Below are positions 9,477-17,443 of a stretch of DNA of 60,594 nucleotides, piece after piece. The DNA is from a virus (Duplodnaviria > Caudoviricetes): positions 1 to 60,594 of IMG/VR virus record IMGVR_UViG_3300042549_005527; one strand, written 5' to 3'. Position 1 is the first letter of the stretch, and every line of letters begins with the position of its first letter. The notes beneath the pieces are model-generated. The model saw only the letters and a program-made list of their open reading frames with translations, made no database searches and was not told where the DNA came from. Both the position numbers and the translations under genes were made by a program.

Positions 9477-9677
9477 TTATTTTGAAGAACTTGTGTGGCT
9501 TTTAAACAACATGCCCGATAGGAAGTTCACGCCCCATGCTTGCAACAAGGTGATCTCTTTGAGTCCAAACAGTTCAGGCATGAGCCAGTCCCACAGCCAC
9601 ATGGTAGGCAGTGCCATGATCAGACTCAGCGCAACCAAAAAGGCCACGGCTGTAACGATGGTTCCAATGATGTGCAT
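9477..9677 (-). CDS. Small membrane protein
   Basis: Hydrophobic; WLWDWLMPELFGLKEIT..QAWG. Confidence 0.7.
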   Translation of the reverse strand: MHIIGTIVTAVAFLVALSLIMALPTMWLWDWLMPELFGLKEITLLQAWGVNFLSGMLFKSHTSSSK

Positions 9678-9681
9678 GGTA

Positions 9682-9906
9682 TTACTTTGGTTGGTTCAGC
9701 TGGTTCAATGTTTCTTCGTATTCCAAACGACTCAGGACCACGCCGTACATGCTATAGACCAGGAGTGCGATGCTGCCTGCACCCAGGGTGAACAGGATCT
9801 GATCGCGTGTCAGCTGTTCCAGGATCAGTGTGACGCCAATGCTGGATACAAGGATGCCGGCCACGATGCCTGCGGTTTGGAGGATTGCTCTTTGTTTAAC
9901 TGTCAT
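9682..9906 (-). CDS. Small two-TM membrane protein
   Basis: Two hydrophobic helices; promoter 9930-9959. Confidence 0.7.
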   Translation of the reverse strand: MTVKQRAILQTAGIVAGILVSSIGVTLILEQLTRDQILFTLGAGSIALLVYSMYGVVLSRLEYEETLNQLNQPK

Positions 9907-9955
9907 GGTGTTTCCTTTTTCAAAGAAGTATTATAGCATAGATCGCTAACGGTTG

Positions 9956-10195
9956 TCAAGCGATTTCTTTGTAGACTTTGTAGCCAGAGCCGCTTAGAAC
10001 ACGGATGGCCGCTTTAATCTCTTGAGCCTTGCGCTCGTAGTATTCCAACATCTCACGCACACCTTTGAGGGTGGCTTCATCGTGAGTTTCATTGAAGAAG
10101 GTGTGCGTGAACAGGTAGATCCTCTTGCCGTCTTCATCTCGGCTCTCTTGGATGGTGCCGAAGTTCTTGTATGTATGTATTTCGTTCTGTTTCAT
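9956..10195 (-). CDS. Hypothetical protein
   Basis: Promoter and AGGAG RBS; stop codon lies within the next -35 box. Confidence 0.75.
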   Translation of the reverse strand: MKQNEIHTYKNFGTIQESRDEDGKRIYLFTHTFFNETHDEATLKGVREMLEYYERKAQEIKAAIRVLSGSGYKVYKEIA

Positions 10196-10228
10196 AATGT
10201 GCTCCTAGTGTGTAAGTGTATTATACGA

Positions 10229-10456
10229 TCAAAGACGGAAACGGTCAAGCACTGAGTTGGCTTCTGTCAACGGCATCTGTGCCACAAGGTTGTCCATCTC
10301 TGCCAGCAGGATCATGCGTTGGAGGCGCATGGCTTCGGCACGATCTTCAGGATCCAGTGCCGCCAGGAACTCATCAAAGTCCTCCATGGTGTCACAAGCC
10401 CACATCTCATCCAGCAGGCTCACTTGATACTGTGTCAGTCCGTTGATTTCAATCAT
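10229..10456 (-). CDS. Hypothetical acidic protein
   Basis: GGAG RBS; operon context. Confidence 0.65.
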   Translation of the reverse strand: MIEINGLTQYQVSLLDEMWACDTMEDFDEFLAALDPEDRAEAMRLQRMILLAEMDNLVAQMPLTEANSVLDRFRL

Positions 10457-10540
10457 TAAAATTCTCCCATGATGATGAGTGCCAAGCCCATTACAATCAC
10501 GGGCATCATTACAATGGCTAGGTTGATGATTGCTTGCATT

Positions 10541-10762
10541 TCAATACTCCTTGAAGTCGCCGGATTCTTCGTTGTCGTTGTAGCCTGCGGTGTAGGCCAC
10601 AATCTCGTCGGCTGTCATGTCCTTCAGTTCCACACGGGGTGTAGTTGATGTGGCACCTGTGTAGTAGTGAGGATTGTAGTTCCTGCGGTAGTAGCTGTCT
10701 GCCATGCCGCGATCGTAAGGACCACCGTGTCGTGTGTCCATCTCAATGTGTTCTCTAATCAT
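10541..10762 (-). CDS. Conserved phage hypothetical protein
   Basis: RHGGPYDRG.ADSYY...Y.AGY; own promoter and RBS. Confidence 0.8.
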   Translation of the reverse strand: MIREHIEMDTRHGGPYDRGMADSYYRRNYNPHYYTGATSTTPRVELKDMTADEIVAYTAGYNDNEESGDFKEY

Positions 10763-10826
10763 CTTTGCTCCTTAGTGTCTATGTGTGTATTATAACAGGG
10801 TTTGGATAACCCGTCAACCTCAAGGG

Positions 10827-11144
10827 TTACCAAGCAAGTTCTTGCGGACCGTATGTGATGCGGCCTTCGTAGTCCAACTGGCTCTGCTCAAACTCAGTCA
10901 GGTAGTTGTCTGCTACGATGCGCCAGTCGATGATGTGCTCGCGGAAGTGATCGTTGTCGCATTCGATCTGCGAGCGAAGGGCCATGATGGCCACAGTGGC
11001 ATCAGCCTGGCCGCCTTTGAACTTCTTGATCACATAGTCCGAGCCGCCTTTGAACTTCCAGTACTGTGGGCAAGCACCCGTGCCGTCCCAGTCATGGGCA
11101 CCGTAGTTTTCTTGGGTCTGTGTAGTGATTAACAGTTTAGCCAT
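10827..11144 (-). CDS. Conserved phage hypothetical protein
   Basis: TQ.QENYGAHDWDG...PQYWKFKGG; start moved to ATG 11144. Confidence 0.8.
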   Translation of the reverse strand: MAKLLITTQTQENYGAHDWDGTGACPQYWKFKGGSDYVIKKFKGGQADATVAIMALRSQIECDNDHFREHIIDWRIVADNYLTEFEQSQLDYEGRITYGPQELAW

Positions 11145-11212
11145 TGTGTGCTCCTTAGTGTCTATGTGTGTATTATAACAAGGTTTTAGTACCCTGTCAA
11201 CCTGTAGGGTCT

Positions 11213-11515
11213 TTAGCGAATGCAACCCAGGTATCTGCCAAACTGATCATAGGCAGGAATGCAACTCACCGCAGGCGGCTGGTACTGTGGGCTGTACACT
11301 GGAGGAGTGCGGTACTCGTACACCTGTGGATAACCTATCTGCGGTTGAGGTGCGTAGATCACTTGCGGTTGAGGTGCGTAGATCACGCGAGGCTGGGCGA
11401 CCTGCTGGATCAGTGTAACTGCACCAATCACTGCCAAAAAATCACGTCCGTTCTGTGCTTGAGCCGAACCCACGGCACTGAGAGCAATCAAACCTGCGAT
11501 TAGAACTTTTTTCAT
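11213..11515 (-). CDS. Secreted Pro/Gln/Tyr-rich protein
   Basis: Signal peptide MKKVLIAGLIALSAVGSAQA; VIYAPQPQ twice. Confidence 0.75.
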   Translation of the reverse strand: MKKVLIAGLIALSAVGSAQAQNGRDFLAVIGAVTLIQQVAQPRVIYAPQPQVIYAPQPQIGYPQVYEYRTPPVYSPQYQPPAVSCIPAYDQFGRYLGCIR

Positions 11516-11568
11516 ATTAGACTCCTTGTTTGTCTATGTATGTATTATATATCCAAACAGCCCAATTG

Positions 11569-11766
11569 TCAACTGATTTCTTCGAAAGTCCTGCCTTTTA
11601 GGTCCAGTTTTAGCGGAGTCTTCAACTTGCGAACCTGATCCGAACCGTGTGGCACATACGCAACACAGGTGGCTTGACGACCTGAGGGCCGGGCATCGAA
11701 CACATAGATATGGTTGGGGCACTGTTCTGCCCACTCGGTAGTCTCTTGATAGATGTAGTGTTTCAT
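11569..11766 (-). CDS. Hypothetical protein
   Basis: ET.EW...PNHIY; TAATG coupling to upstream small ORF. Confidence 0.7.
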   Translation of the reverse strand: MKHYIYQETTEWAEQCPNHIYVFDARPSGRQATCVAYVPHGSDQVRKLKTPLKLDLKGRTFEEIS

Positions 11767-11879
11767 TAGATGCTCGCAATCATTGCCAGAACAGCCATGC
11801 CCCAGATTGCTATGACCTGGACGATGCCAAAGTAGAACAGGAAGTAAATCACTGTAATCCAACCAATCAATTTCAGCAT
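11766..11879 (-). CDS. 37-aa hydrophobic peptide (not in ORF track)
   Basis: Promoter 11905-11933, AGGAG RBS, MLKLIGWITVIYFLFYFGIVQVIAIWGMAVLAMIASI. Confidence 0.6.
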   Translation of the reverse strand: MLKLIGWITVIYFLFYFGIVQVIAIWGMAVLAMIASI

Positions 11880-11913
11880 CTGTGCTCCTTGTTGCGATGT
11901 ATGTATTATAGCA

Positions 11914-12111
11914 TCAATCTATCTGCACGTCAACCACTTGACCATCGCGGAACACGAAGTAGAGGTTCATGTTGCTGTAATAGACCCAGACACATTCGTT
12001 GCCCTTGGTCATAGTGTAGTGGGTCACACGAGGCCAGTTCCGGGTCATGTAGTCCTCAACCAGGATCACTTCCAGCGGGTTGAGGTCAGGGTGTATACTA
12101 ATGTCACGCAC
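11914..12111 (-). CDS. Hypothetical protein
   Basis: Overlaps the stop of the upstream ORF; protein-like composition. Confidence 0.6.
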   Translation of the reverse strand: MRDISIHPDLNPLEVILVEDYMTRNWPRVTHYTMTKGNECVWVYYSNMNLYFVFRDGQVVDVQID

Positions 12112-12316
12112 GGTCCAGCATCCTCATCAGTTCGTTGTTCAGGTAGTCCATCTCCGACCGCTCCACGTAGAAGTCAGTGGTTGGATCGTAGTAGGCACCT
12201 TCCTTTGGATCGTAGTACAAGACACGACCGGAGAAGTTGAACGGACCTTCCAGGCCCTTGCGTGGGCCGTACTTGTCGCGCATCCGATCCATTGTGTCCA
12301 AAACCTTGTATCCCAT
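12104..12316 (-). CDS. Conserved phage hypothetical protein
   Basis: GLEGPF..SGRVLYYDPKEG.YYDP..D; own promoter and RBS. Confidence 0.8.
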   Translation of the reverse strand: MGYKVLDTMDRMRDKYGPRKGLEGPFNFSGRVLYYDPKEGAYYDPTTDFYVERSEMDYLNNELMRMLDRA

Positions 12317-12367
12317 AGTGTGCTCCTTGTTGCGATGTATGTATTATAACACCTTTTGGACAACCCG

Positions 12368-12556
12368 TCAACCAATTTGTTGAATCTCTGCCCTCCAGTA
12401 GCACTCACGGCTACCACCTGTTTCCCAGTGCGCCTTGTAGGCACGGGCTTCTTCCAGTGTGGTGTAGAAGCGAGTGTCATCAGGGTCAACACGTTGGACT
12501 CCGCTGTCGTATTCAGTGACTGTGACTTTGTACAGTGTGCCTGGCTCAACTCTCAT
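12368..12556 (-). CDS. Hypothetical protein
   Basis: Promoter 12581-12609, AGGAG RBS, ATG 12556. Confidence 0.7.
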   Translation of the reverse strand: MRVEPGTLYKVTVTEYDSGVQRVDPDDTRFYTTLEEARAYKAHWETGGSRECYWRAEIQQIG

Positions 12557-12626
12557 ACACTTCTCCTTCTGTGTAAGTGTATTATAACACTGTTTGAAAG
12601 ACCCGTCAACCAGTCGGGATATAGAT

Positions 12627-12704
12627 GAACCCCGCAACAGCTTCACAGCGTGGCGGGGTTCGGGGGGTTGCCTGGGACACTACCCCCAGGACTTGGAGCA
12701 ACTC
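12627..12704 (-). ncRNA. Structured 3'-UTR motif, copy 1
   Basis: UUGCUCC..CCUGGG-GGUAGUGU-CCCAGG-CAAC directly after a stop codon; core repeated at 17389-17443. Confidence 0.5.
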
Positions 12705-12980
12705 TTAGACTAGACCAAGAGACATTGCTTTGTAACCAGCGGCAATCAACTTGCGGCTTGGTTGACCAATCTCATACTCAGTAACTTGAACACCGTTACC
12801 TGCCTTGCGTGAGTTGCCATAAACAGCAAAACCTGCTTGGCGAATACGTGAGACTTCGGCACTCATGTTCTTGATACCGAAACGGCTAGCGGCTTGGCTA
12901 GCAGAAACCTTCTCACCACTCTTCAACGCTGTGAACAGCTTGTGGGTCTTGGTGCCTTGATTGATGTTGTATGTAGTCAT
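12705..12980 (-). CDS. Winged helix-turn-helix DNA-binding protein
   Basis: L..ALKSGEKVSASQAASRFGIKNMSAEVSRIRQAGFAVY pattern; start ATG 12980. Confidence 0.65.
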   Translation of the reverse strand: MTTYNINQGTKTHKLFTALKSGEKVSASQAASRFGIKNMSAEVSRIRQAGFAVYGNSRKAGNGVQVTEYEIGQPSRKLIAAGYKAMSLGLV

Positions 12981-13046
12981 TTTGTTTTCCTTTGTTTTAG
13001 ACTGCTGTGCAGTTATCAACAAGTATACAGAAACTGTCTACCAAGG

Positions 13047-13265
13047 TCAAGCCGCAATCTTGCCAAACTCACGATCAACATAATGACCAATCAGTTTGCG
13101 TTGAATCAGCGTTACCAGATCGCCGTGCTGATCCGAAACAATGAATCGAACTGGACATTTGCCCCAGGTGCCCGAGCGTTGAAACTGGGCAAACCATTTG
13201 CGGTGTTGTTTGTTGTCCGGATCAAATGCAGTCCAAGGACGTCCGATGTAATCTAATCTACTCAT
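13047..13265 (-). CDS. Hypothetical protein
   Basis: FDP.NK.HR.WF..F...G.WG.CP.RF; RBS overlaps a 19-bp stem. Confidence 0.7.
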   Translation of the reverse strand: MSRLDYIGRPWTAFDPDNKQHRKWFAQFQRSGTWGKCPVRFIVSDQHGDLVTLIQRKLIGHYVDREFGKIAA

Positions 13266-13272
13266 GTTATCT

Positions 13273-13358
13273 CCTCTTAGTAAAATACACTCACGACATA
13301 GGCCATTGGATCTCCCTGTCTAACCGAACCAACTTCGGCAGTGTATTTTACTAAGAGG
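13273..13358 (-). ncRNA. Structured leader with 19-bp perfect stem
   Basis: CCTCTTAGTAAAATACACT (13273-13291) and AGTGTATTTTACTAAGAGG (13340-13358) enclosing two small hairpins. Confidence 0.6.
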
Positions 13359-13388
13359 GGCACTGGGCCCCAATACCCCGCTGTAGGG

Positions 13389-13814
13389 TTAGAATGGTGC
13401 GTCTTCCAAGTCTGCCAACTGTGCAGTCACTTGGGCTTTGGTCACAGCACTCTTGGCTGGCTTGGTGGCACGAGCGCGAGCAGCAATGGCGTCCAGGCTG
13501 GGCTTGCTCTTAGCAGCCTTCTTGGCAGGAGCCTTGGGTGCAGCCTTGGCCTTGGGTGCAGCTTCTGTTTCGTCGTGCTTGTCTTGATATGCCTCAAGAG
13601 CTTCACGCACCAACTTGTTGCCGTTGTCGAAGTTGATCTTCAACAGGAATGCAACAGCTTCCAACTTGGTCATTGGGTGGGTGAGTTCGATCAGATCGAT
13701 ATCGGAACTGCCGGTCTTGGCCAGGACCTTGACACGCATCTGATCATTGGCAAAGCGGGCTTTGAAAGCGCCAGCACGTTTAGAAACACCTGCAAATTTA
13801 AAAGTCTTAGACAT
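13389..13814 (-). CDS. Basic Ala/Lys-rich protein, possibly nucleic-acid binding
   Basis: K.RFAND..RVKVL.K.G..DI.LIEL..PMTK; histone-like AAPKAKAAPKAPAKK tail. Confidence 0.75.
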   Translation of the reverse strand: MSKTFKFAGVSKRAGAFKARFANDQMRVKVLAKTGSSDIDLIELTHPMTKLEAVAFLLKINFDNGNKLVREALEAYQDKHDETEAAPKAKAAPKAPAKKAAKSKPSLDAIAARARATKPAKSAVTKAQVTAQLADLEDAPF

Positions 13815-13908
13815 GATAACTCCTTTGTGTATGTGTGTATGTCTTCTGCGAACCGTTTCGCATTGTATTAATTATAACACCTTTGGACGATGGTGTCAAC
13901 CGTTTTGT

Positions 13909-14091
13909 TCAAGCGCCGTAGTAGGGACTATAGATCTCCTCCTCTTGTGGCGTATCTGCCACACCCATTTCTTGCAATTGGCCCAACACCATTTCGATTG
14001 GGCACTCCAGGGTCAACGCAATCATTCGGGCACTCATGCCGTCAATGTACAGTTGCTCAATGTCGTATGCCAGTTCTGCTACCTTGCTCAT
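13909..14091 (-). CDS. Small HTH-like protein
   Basis: LYIDGMSARMIALTLECP..V; ATGA overlap. Confidence 0.6.
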   Translation of the reverse strand: MSKVAELAYDIEQLYIDGMSARMIALTLECPIEMVLGQLQEMGVADTPQEEEIYSPYYGA

Positions 14092-14501
14092 TCCATTTCC
14101 TCCTCTTGTTTCTCTTGTTCAAATGCCATCTCCAACGGAATCCAATTCTCTTGTGTACCGTAGTGACGCACATACCACTGAGCCTTGCCTGCCCAGTTCT
14201 TGCTGAGGATGTAGTCGTACTCCTCGCCGCAGACATTTTTGTAATAGTCCTCAATGTCTTTGTATTTCTCAATCGACAACTCTTCACCGCGCTGAGTGTA
14301 GGCACCTTGTTTAGTTTCCTCAACAGAGTCGCACAGGCTTGAGAAGCCGCCCAAGTCAATCAAGTCACGCAGTTTGAACGGATCGCTGTAGTGATTCAAC
14401 AGGATCTGGCCGTTGTGTGCCAAGTAGCCGTCCCAGTGACAGTAGACTTGCTCGACTGTGCCGTCTGCGAATTCCAATGCGATTGTGCTTCGTGTTCCCA
14501 T
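14088..14501 (-). CDS. Conserved phage hypothetical protein
   Basis: MGTRS.I...VYCHWDGY...NG.IL; EEYDY. Confidence 0.8.
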   Translation of the reverse strand: MGTRSTIALEFADGTVEQVYCHWDGYLAHNGQILLNHYSDPFKLRDLIDLGGFSSLCDSVEETKQGAYTQRGEELSIEKYKDIEDYYKNVCGEEYDYILSKNWAGKAQWYVRHYGTQENWIPLEMAFEQEKQEEEME

Positions 14502-14519
14502 TTAGTGCTCCTAGTGTGT

Positions 14520-14624
14520 TTGCTTAGGCCGAGTCTCCAAACTCGCTTCGTATCCCTTGGTTACAACCCTTTTTGCATTTCTGCTGGGTTCTTACATTTG
14601 AGGATCGCCTTGCTTCTGTCTATG
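14520..14624 (-). ncRNA. Structured 5' leader / cis-regulatory RNA candidate
   Basis: About 120-nt leader after promoter 14630-14658 with nested AGGC/GCCU, AUCCU/GGGAU, AACCC/GGGUU, GCA-GAAA-UGC, CGAGU/ACUCG. Confidence 0.55.
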
Positions 14625-14654
14625 TGCTAATTATAGCACGGTTTTACCATCCTG

Positions 14655-14891
14655 TCAACCGATCAAAACAACTTGTCGGCCTTCAACTTCGTCGGCGTCC
14701 TCGTTGTCCCAGTCAGGCTCAACAACTTTGTCCATGCGGTGGTAGTCGCTGTACTGCACGAGACCCATCTCTACGCTAGAGATTGCAGGGGCAACCTGTG
14801 TGCGCCAGTGGTCGCCATAGCCGTATTCGAAGTGGACTTCGGCATCCTGCGGCATGTGTTGCAGTTGCTCGATCAATTGCGCTACATTCAT
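14655..14891 (-). CDS. Hypothetical protein
   Basis: V.QLIEQL..MPQDAEV..Y.YGDHWRT; promoter and RBS. Confidence 0.75.
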   Translation of the reverse strand: MNVAQLIEQLQHMPQDAEVHFEYGYGDHWRTQVAPAISSVEMGLVQYSDYHRMDKVVEPDWDNEDADEVEGRQVVLIG

Positions 14892-14954
14892 TTCAGCTCC
14901 TTGGTGTTTCAGTGTACGTGTATTATAGCATCAGTTTTACCAAACTGTCAACCA

Positions 14955-15098
14955 TTAACCCTTGCTCTTGGCGGGCTTCTGTTTGGCTTCAGCGGCAGCG
15001 ATCTTGCCCGAGTAGGCTTTGCCAGCTGTGTGGATCAGACCGGTTGCAGTGAACTTGATGGTGCCACCAGTGCTGGAAGGGATAGTTTTCTGTGTCAT
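14955..15098 (-). CDS. Small basic protein
   Basis: Promoter 15130-15158, AGGA RBS, ATG 15098. Confidence 0.6.
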   Translation of the reverse strand: MTQKTIPSSTGGTIKFTATGLIHTAGKAYSGKIAAAEAKQKPAKSKG

Positions 15099-15222
15099 TG
15101 TGTGTCCTAGTTGCGTTGTTGATGTGTGTATTATACAATACTTTTGATAACCTGTCAACCCAAAGGGTTATTGGATTGGTCTTACAATGGGCGGGTCACT
15201 AGCCGCCCAAACGCCTTAACTT

Positions 15223-15489
15223 TTAGCACTCAGGGTCAAAGTCTGCCCACTCTTGTGCTTCGTCCGGCTGTCCGTCACGTTCTTCAGCCTCGTACTCCTC
15301 TTGCAGTTCCTCGCTCATAGTAAGGAAGCTCTCGCAGTAGTGGAACAGTTCCTCAAACGCACGGCGCTCCGTACGGTTCAACTCTCGCAGGAACTGAGGG
15401 CCTTCCTCTTGCATAGTGTCCAACACTTGCTTCAGTGCAGACAGAGTGTTCTCGTTCATGCAATACGACATATTTGGGTAGTTGCTCAT
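15223..15489 (-). CDS. Conserved phage hypothetical protein
   Basis: NMSYC..ENT..AL; C-terminal EAQEWADFDPEC. Confidence 0.75.
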   Translation of the reverse strand: MSNYPNMSYCMNENTLSALKQVLDTMQEEGPQFLRELNRTERRAFEELFHYCESFLTMSEELQEEYEAEERDGQPDEAQEWADFDPEC

Positions 15490-15558
15490 CTTAGTTCCTT
15501 AGTGCGTTGTTGATGTATGTATTATAACAGGATTTGGATACCCTGTCAACCTGTAGGG

Positions 15559-15807
15559 TTATTGCAGCACACACTTAACGATAATGCCCGGCCCGGCACT
15601 GTAGTAGCTGTCTCCACCTTGTGTAAGTGTAACGTTTTGTTTGCCGGCAGCTTCTTGCAGTGCTTTGAGCAGTTGCACATTTCCTTGGAAATAGCACTTG
15701 ACACGACGAACGTTTGAAGCGTCGGATTTAGTTTTGTTTGTGTACACTCCGTAGGAACTGGTGGAATGTTGTGCGATAATAGCACGGACTTGCTTAGTGT
15801 TTAGCAT
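15559..15807 (-). CDS. Hypothetical protein
   Basis: Own promoter and RBS. Confidence 0.7.
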   Translation of the reverse strand: MLNTKQVRAIIAQHSTSSYGVYTNKTKSDASNVRRVKCYFQGNVQLLKALQEAAGKQNVTLTQGGDSYYSAGPGIIVKCVLQ

Positions 15808-15857
15808 GTTTGCTCCTTGTTGCGATGTATATATTATAACAACTTTTTACCAACCTG

Positions 15858-16082
15858 TCAACCTAACGTAGCAGAAACCCTATCCACTGCAGGGTCATAC
15901 TTGAGGAACACTTTGCCCTCACCGCCATCTGTGTCCACTACCGTGTAGCAGAACTCGTGCCCGTTGGTAATGCCCAGGAAGCGAGCAGACTTGAGTTTAG
16001 GGCGGCCTTTGACCGGCAAGGCCTCCTCTAGCATAAAGGAGGGCATGTTAGTAAGGAGTTTAAGTTTGTCTGCTGTAATCAT
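15858..16082 (-). CDS. Hypothetical protein
   Basis: AAGGAG RBS; F.GITNG.EFCY. Confidence 0.7.
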   Translation of the reverse strand: MITADKLKLLTNMPSFMLEEALPVKGRPKLKSARFLGITNGHEFCYTVVDTDGGEGKVFLKYDPAVDRVSATLG

Positions 16083-16091
16083 GTTGTCTCC

Positions 16092-16250
16092 TTAATCTAC
16101 ATAATAGTCAATCCGCTCTACCAGTGCATCCATTGCAGTTTTTAGTTCCCATTCCACAGTCTCGCACTCTGCAATAGTCATGCCGTCGCAGGTAGCAGTT
16201 GCCAGCATGTCTTCAATCTCACGCAGTTTCTCTAAAATTGTATCACGCAT
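16092..16250 (-). CDS. 52-aa acidic protein (not in ORF track)
   Basis: Promoter 16277-16305, TAAGGAG, MRDTILEKLREIEDML... Confidence 0.65.
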   Translation of the reverse strand: MRDTILEKLREIEDMLATATCDGMTIAECETVEWELKTAMDALVERIDYYVD

Positions 16251-16332
16251 GTCTGCTCCTTAGTGTGTAAGCATGTATTATAACGCAAAACACGCACAGG
16301 GTCAACCAAAGACCCTGTGCGCTGTACAGTTA

Positions 16333-16719
16333 TTAAACGTCCGCACACTCTGCGTAAACAGCGTCCACATGTGCAGGGTCCAAACGTGCAAGCCCTGCAA
16401 TAAATGCAGCCCCTACATCGCAAGATACGTAGCAGTCCTCCTGCATCCCCTGCTCGCTGTAGCTTACATCGTTTGCTTCAGCTTCAGCAAAGCCCAGCGT
16501 TTGCAAGTATGTACGCAGTTCCTGCATAAACTGTTTGTCTGTGTAAATTAAACCCAATGCGTTGACGTCCCAAGTGTCTGTGTTAAAGTACACGCACAGC
16601 TCGCCAAAGTCTCTCTCGTTGTTAATGTACTGCAAGTCCAGCTTCACAATGTCTACTGCTTTAGCAGTGCGGCTCCAGTAGCCACGTCCGTTTGTGTGCA
16701 GTGTTGTGTATGCTTTCAT
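16333..16719 (-). CDS. Conserved phage hypothetical protein
   Basis: G.GYWS, GEL.VYF, GLIYTD, YSEQGMQ..YVS.DV. Confidence 0.8.
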   Translation of the reverse strand: MKAYTTLHTNGRGYWSRTAKAVDIVKLDLQYINNERDFGELCVYFNTDTWDVNALGLIYTDKQFMQELRTYLQTLGFAEAEANDVSYSEQGMQEDCYVSCDVGAAFIAGLARLDPAHVDAVYAECADV

Positions 16720-16801
16720 GTATCGCTCCGTTTGTTTAGTGTAAGTGTATTATAACGCAAAAAACGCACAGTGTCAACTAAAGACCCTGTGCTGTGTAGT
16801 G

Positions 16802-16945
16802 TTACTCGACAAGCTCTTCGTCAATAGCACATGCAAGCGCATTGTAAGCATTTTGTATAGCAACATGCTCGTCTAGTTCCGCTTCCTCTAAGAGGTCTTG
16901 TATGCGTAACATTGCTACAGCGAGTTTGTGTTGTAATTCTGTCAT
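16802..16945 (-). CDS. 47-aa acidic protein (not in ORF track)
   Basis: Promoter 16973-17001, AAGGAG, MTELQHKLAVAMLRIQDLLEEAELDE... Confidence 0.65.
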   Translation of the reverse strand: MTELQHKLAVAMLRIQDLLEEAELDEHVAIQNAYNALACAIDEELVE

Positions 16946-17025
16946 AGTTGCTCCTTTTTAGTGTATGTGTGTATTATAACATGAAACACAGCGTAGAGCA
17001 AGCAATAGCCCTACGCTGTGCAGGG

Positions 17026-17280
17026 TTATACTAGCAGGAAGTTTTGTGTGCGAAGCTGTGCTTTTGCTTGTGCAAGCACACGCTCAAAACTTGCTTGACG
17101 TGCAGTTGCACTTTCCTCTAGTGTTGCAAAATCGCCACTCTTAAAAACTGCATTGCTGATGCTTACAATAATGTTGCCATTTTTGTCTGTTTTGCTTTTG
17201 TCAAAAGTAACTAACAAACGGACTGTGTTTAGTTTTTTGTTAACTACTACTTTTGCGTATGCTGTGCAGTTTGTTTGCAT
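17026..17280 (-). CDS. Hypothetical protein
   Basis: Promoter 17312-17340, GGAG RBS, ATG 17280. Confidence 0.7.
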   Translation of the reverse strand: MQTNCTAYAKVVVNKKLNTVRLLVTFDKSKTDKNGNIIVSISNAVFKSGDFATLEESATARQASFERVLAQAKAQLRTQNFLLV

Positions 17281-17388
17281 TGTGAGCTCCATTGCTGTTT
17301 AGTGTAAGTGTATTATAACGCACTTTCGCCACTTTGTCAACCCCACACTGCTGGTAGGGTTATTTGTTGTGTTTTTACAACACTCAAG

Positions 17389-17443
17389 GATGGGAGGGGT
17401 TGCTACTACGGGACACTACCCCCGCACCCCTCCCGGAGCAAAC
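17389..17443 (-). ncRNA. Structured 3'-UTR motif, copy 2
   Basis: UUGCUCC-GGGAGGGG-UGCGGG-GGUAGUGU-CCCGUA..GCAA-CCCCUCCC directly after a stop codon. Confidence 0.5.
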
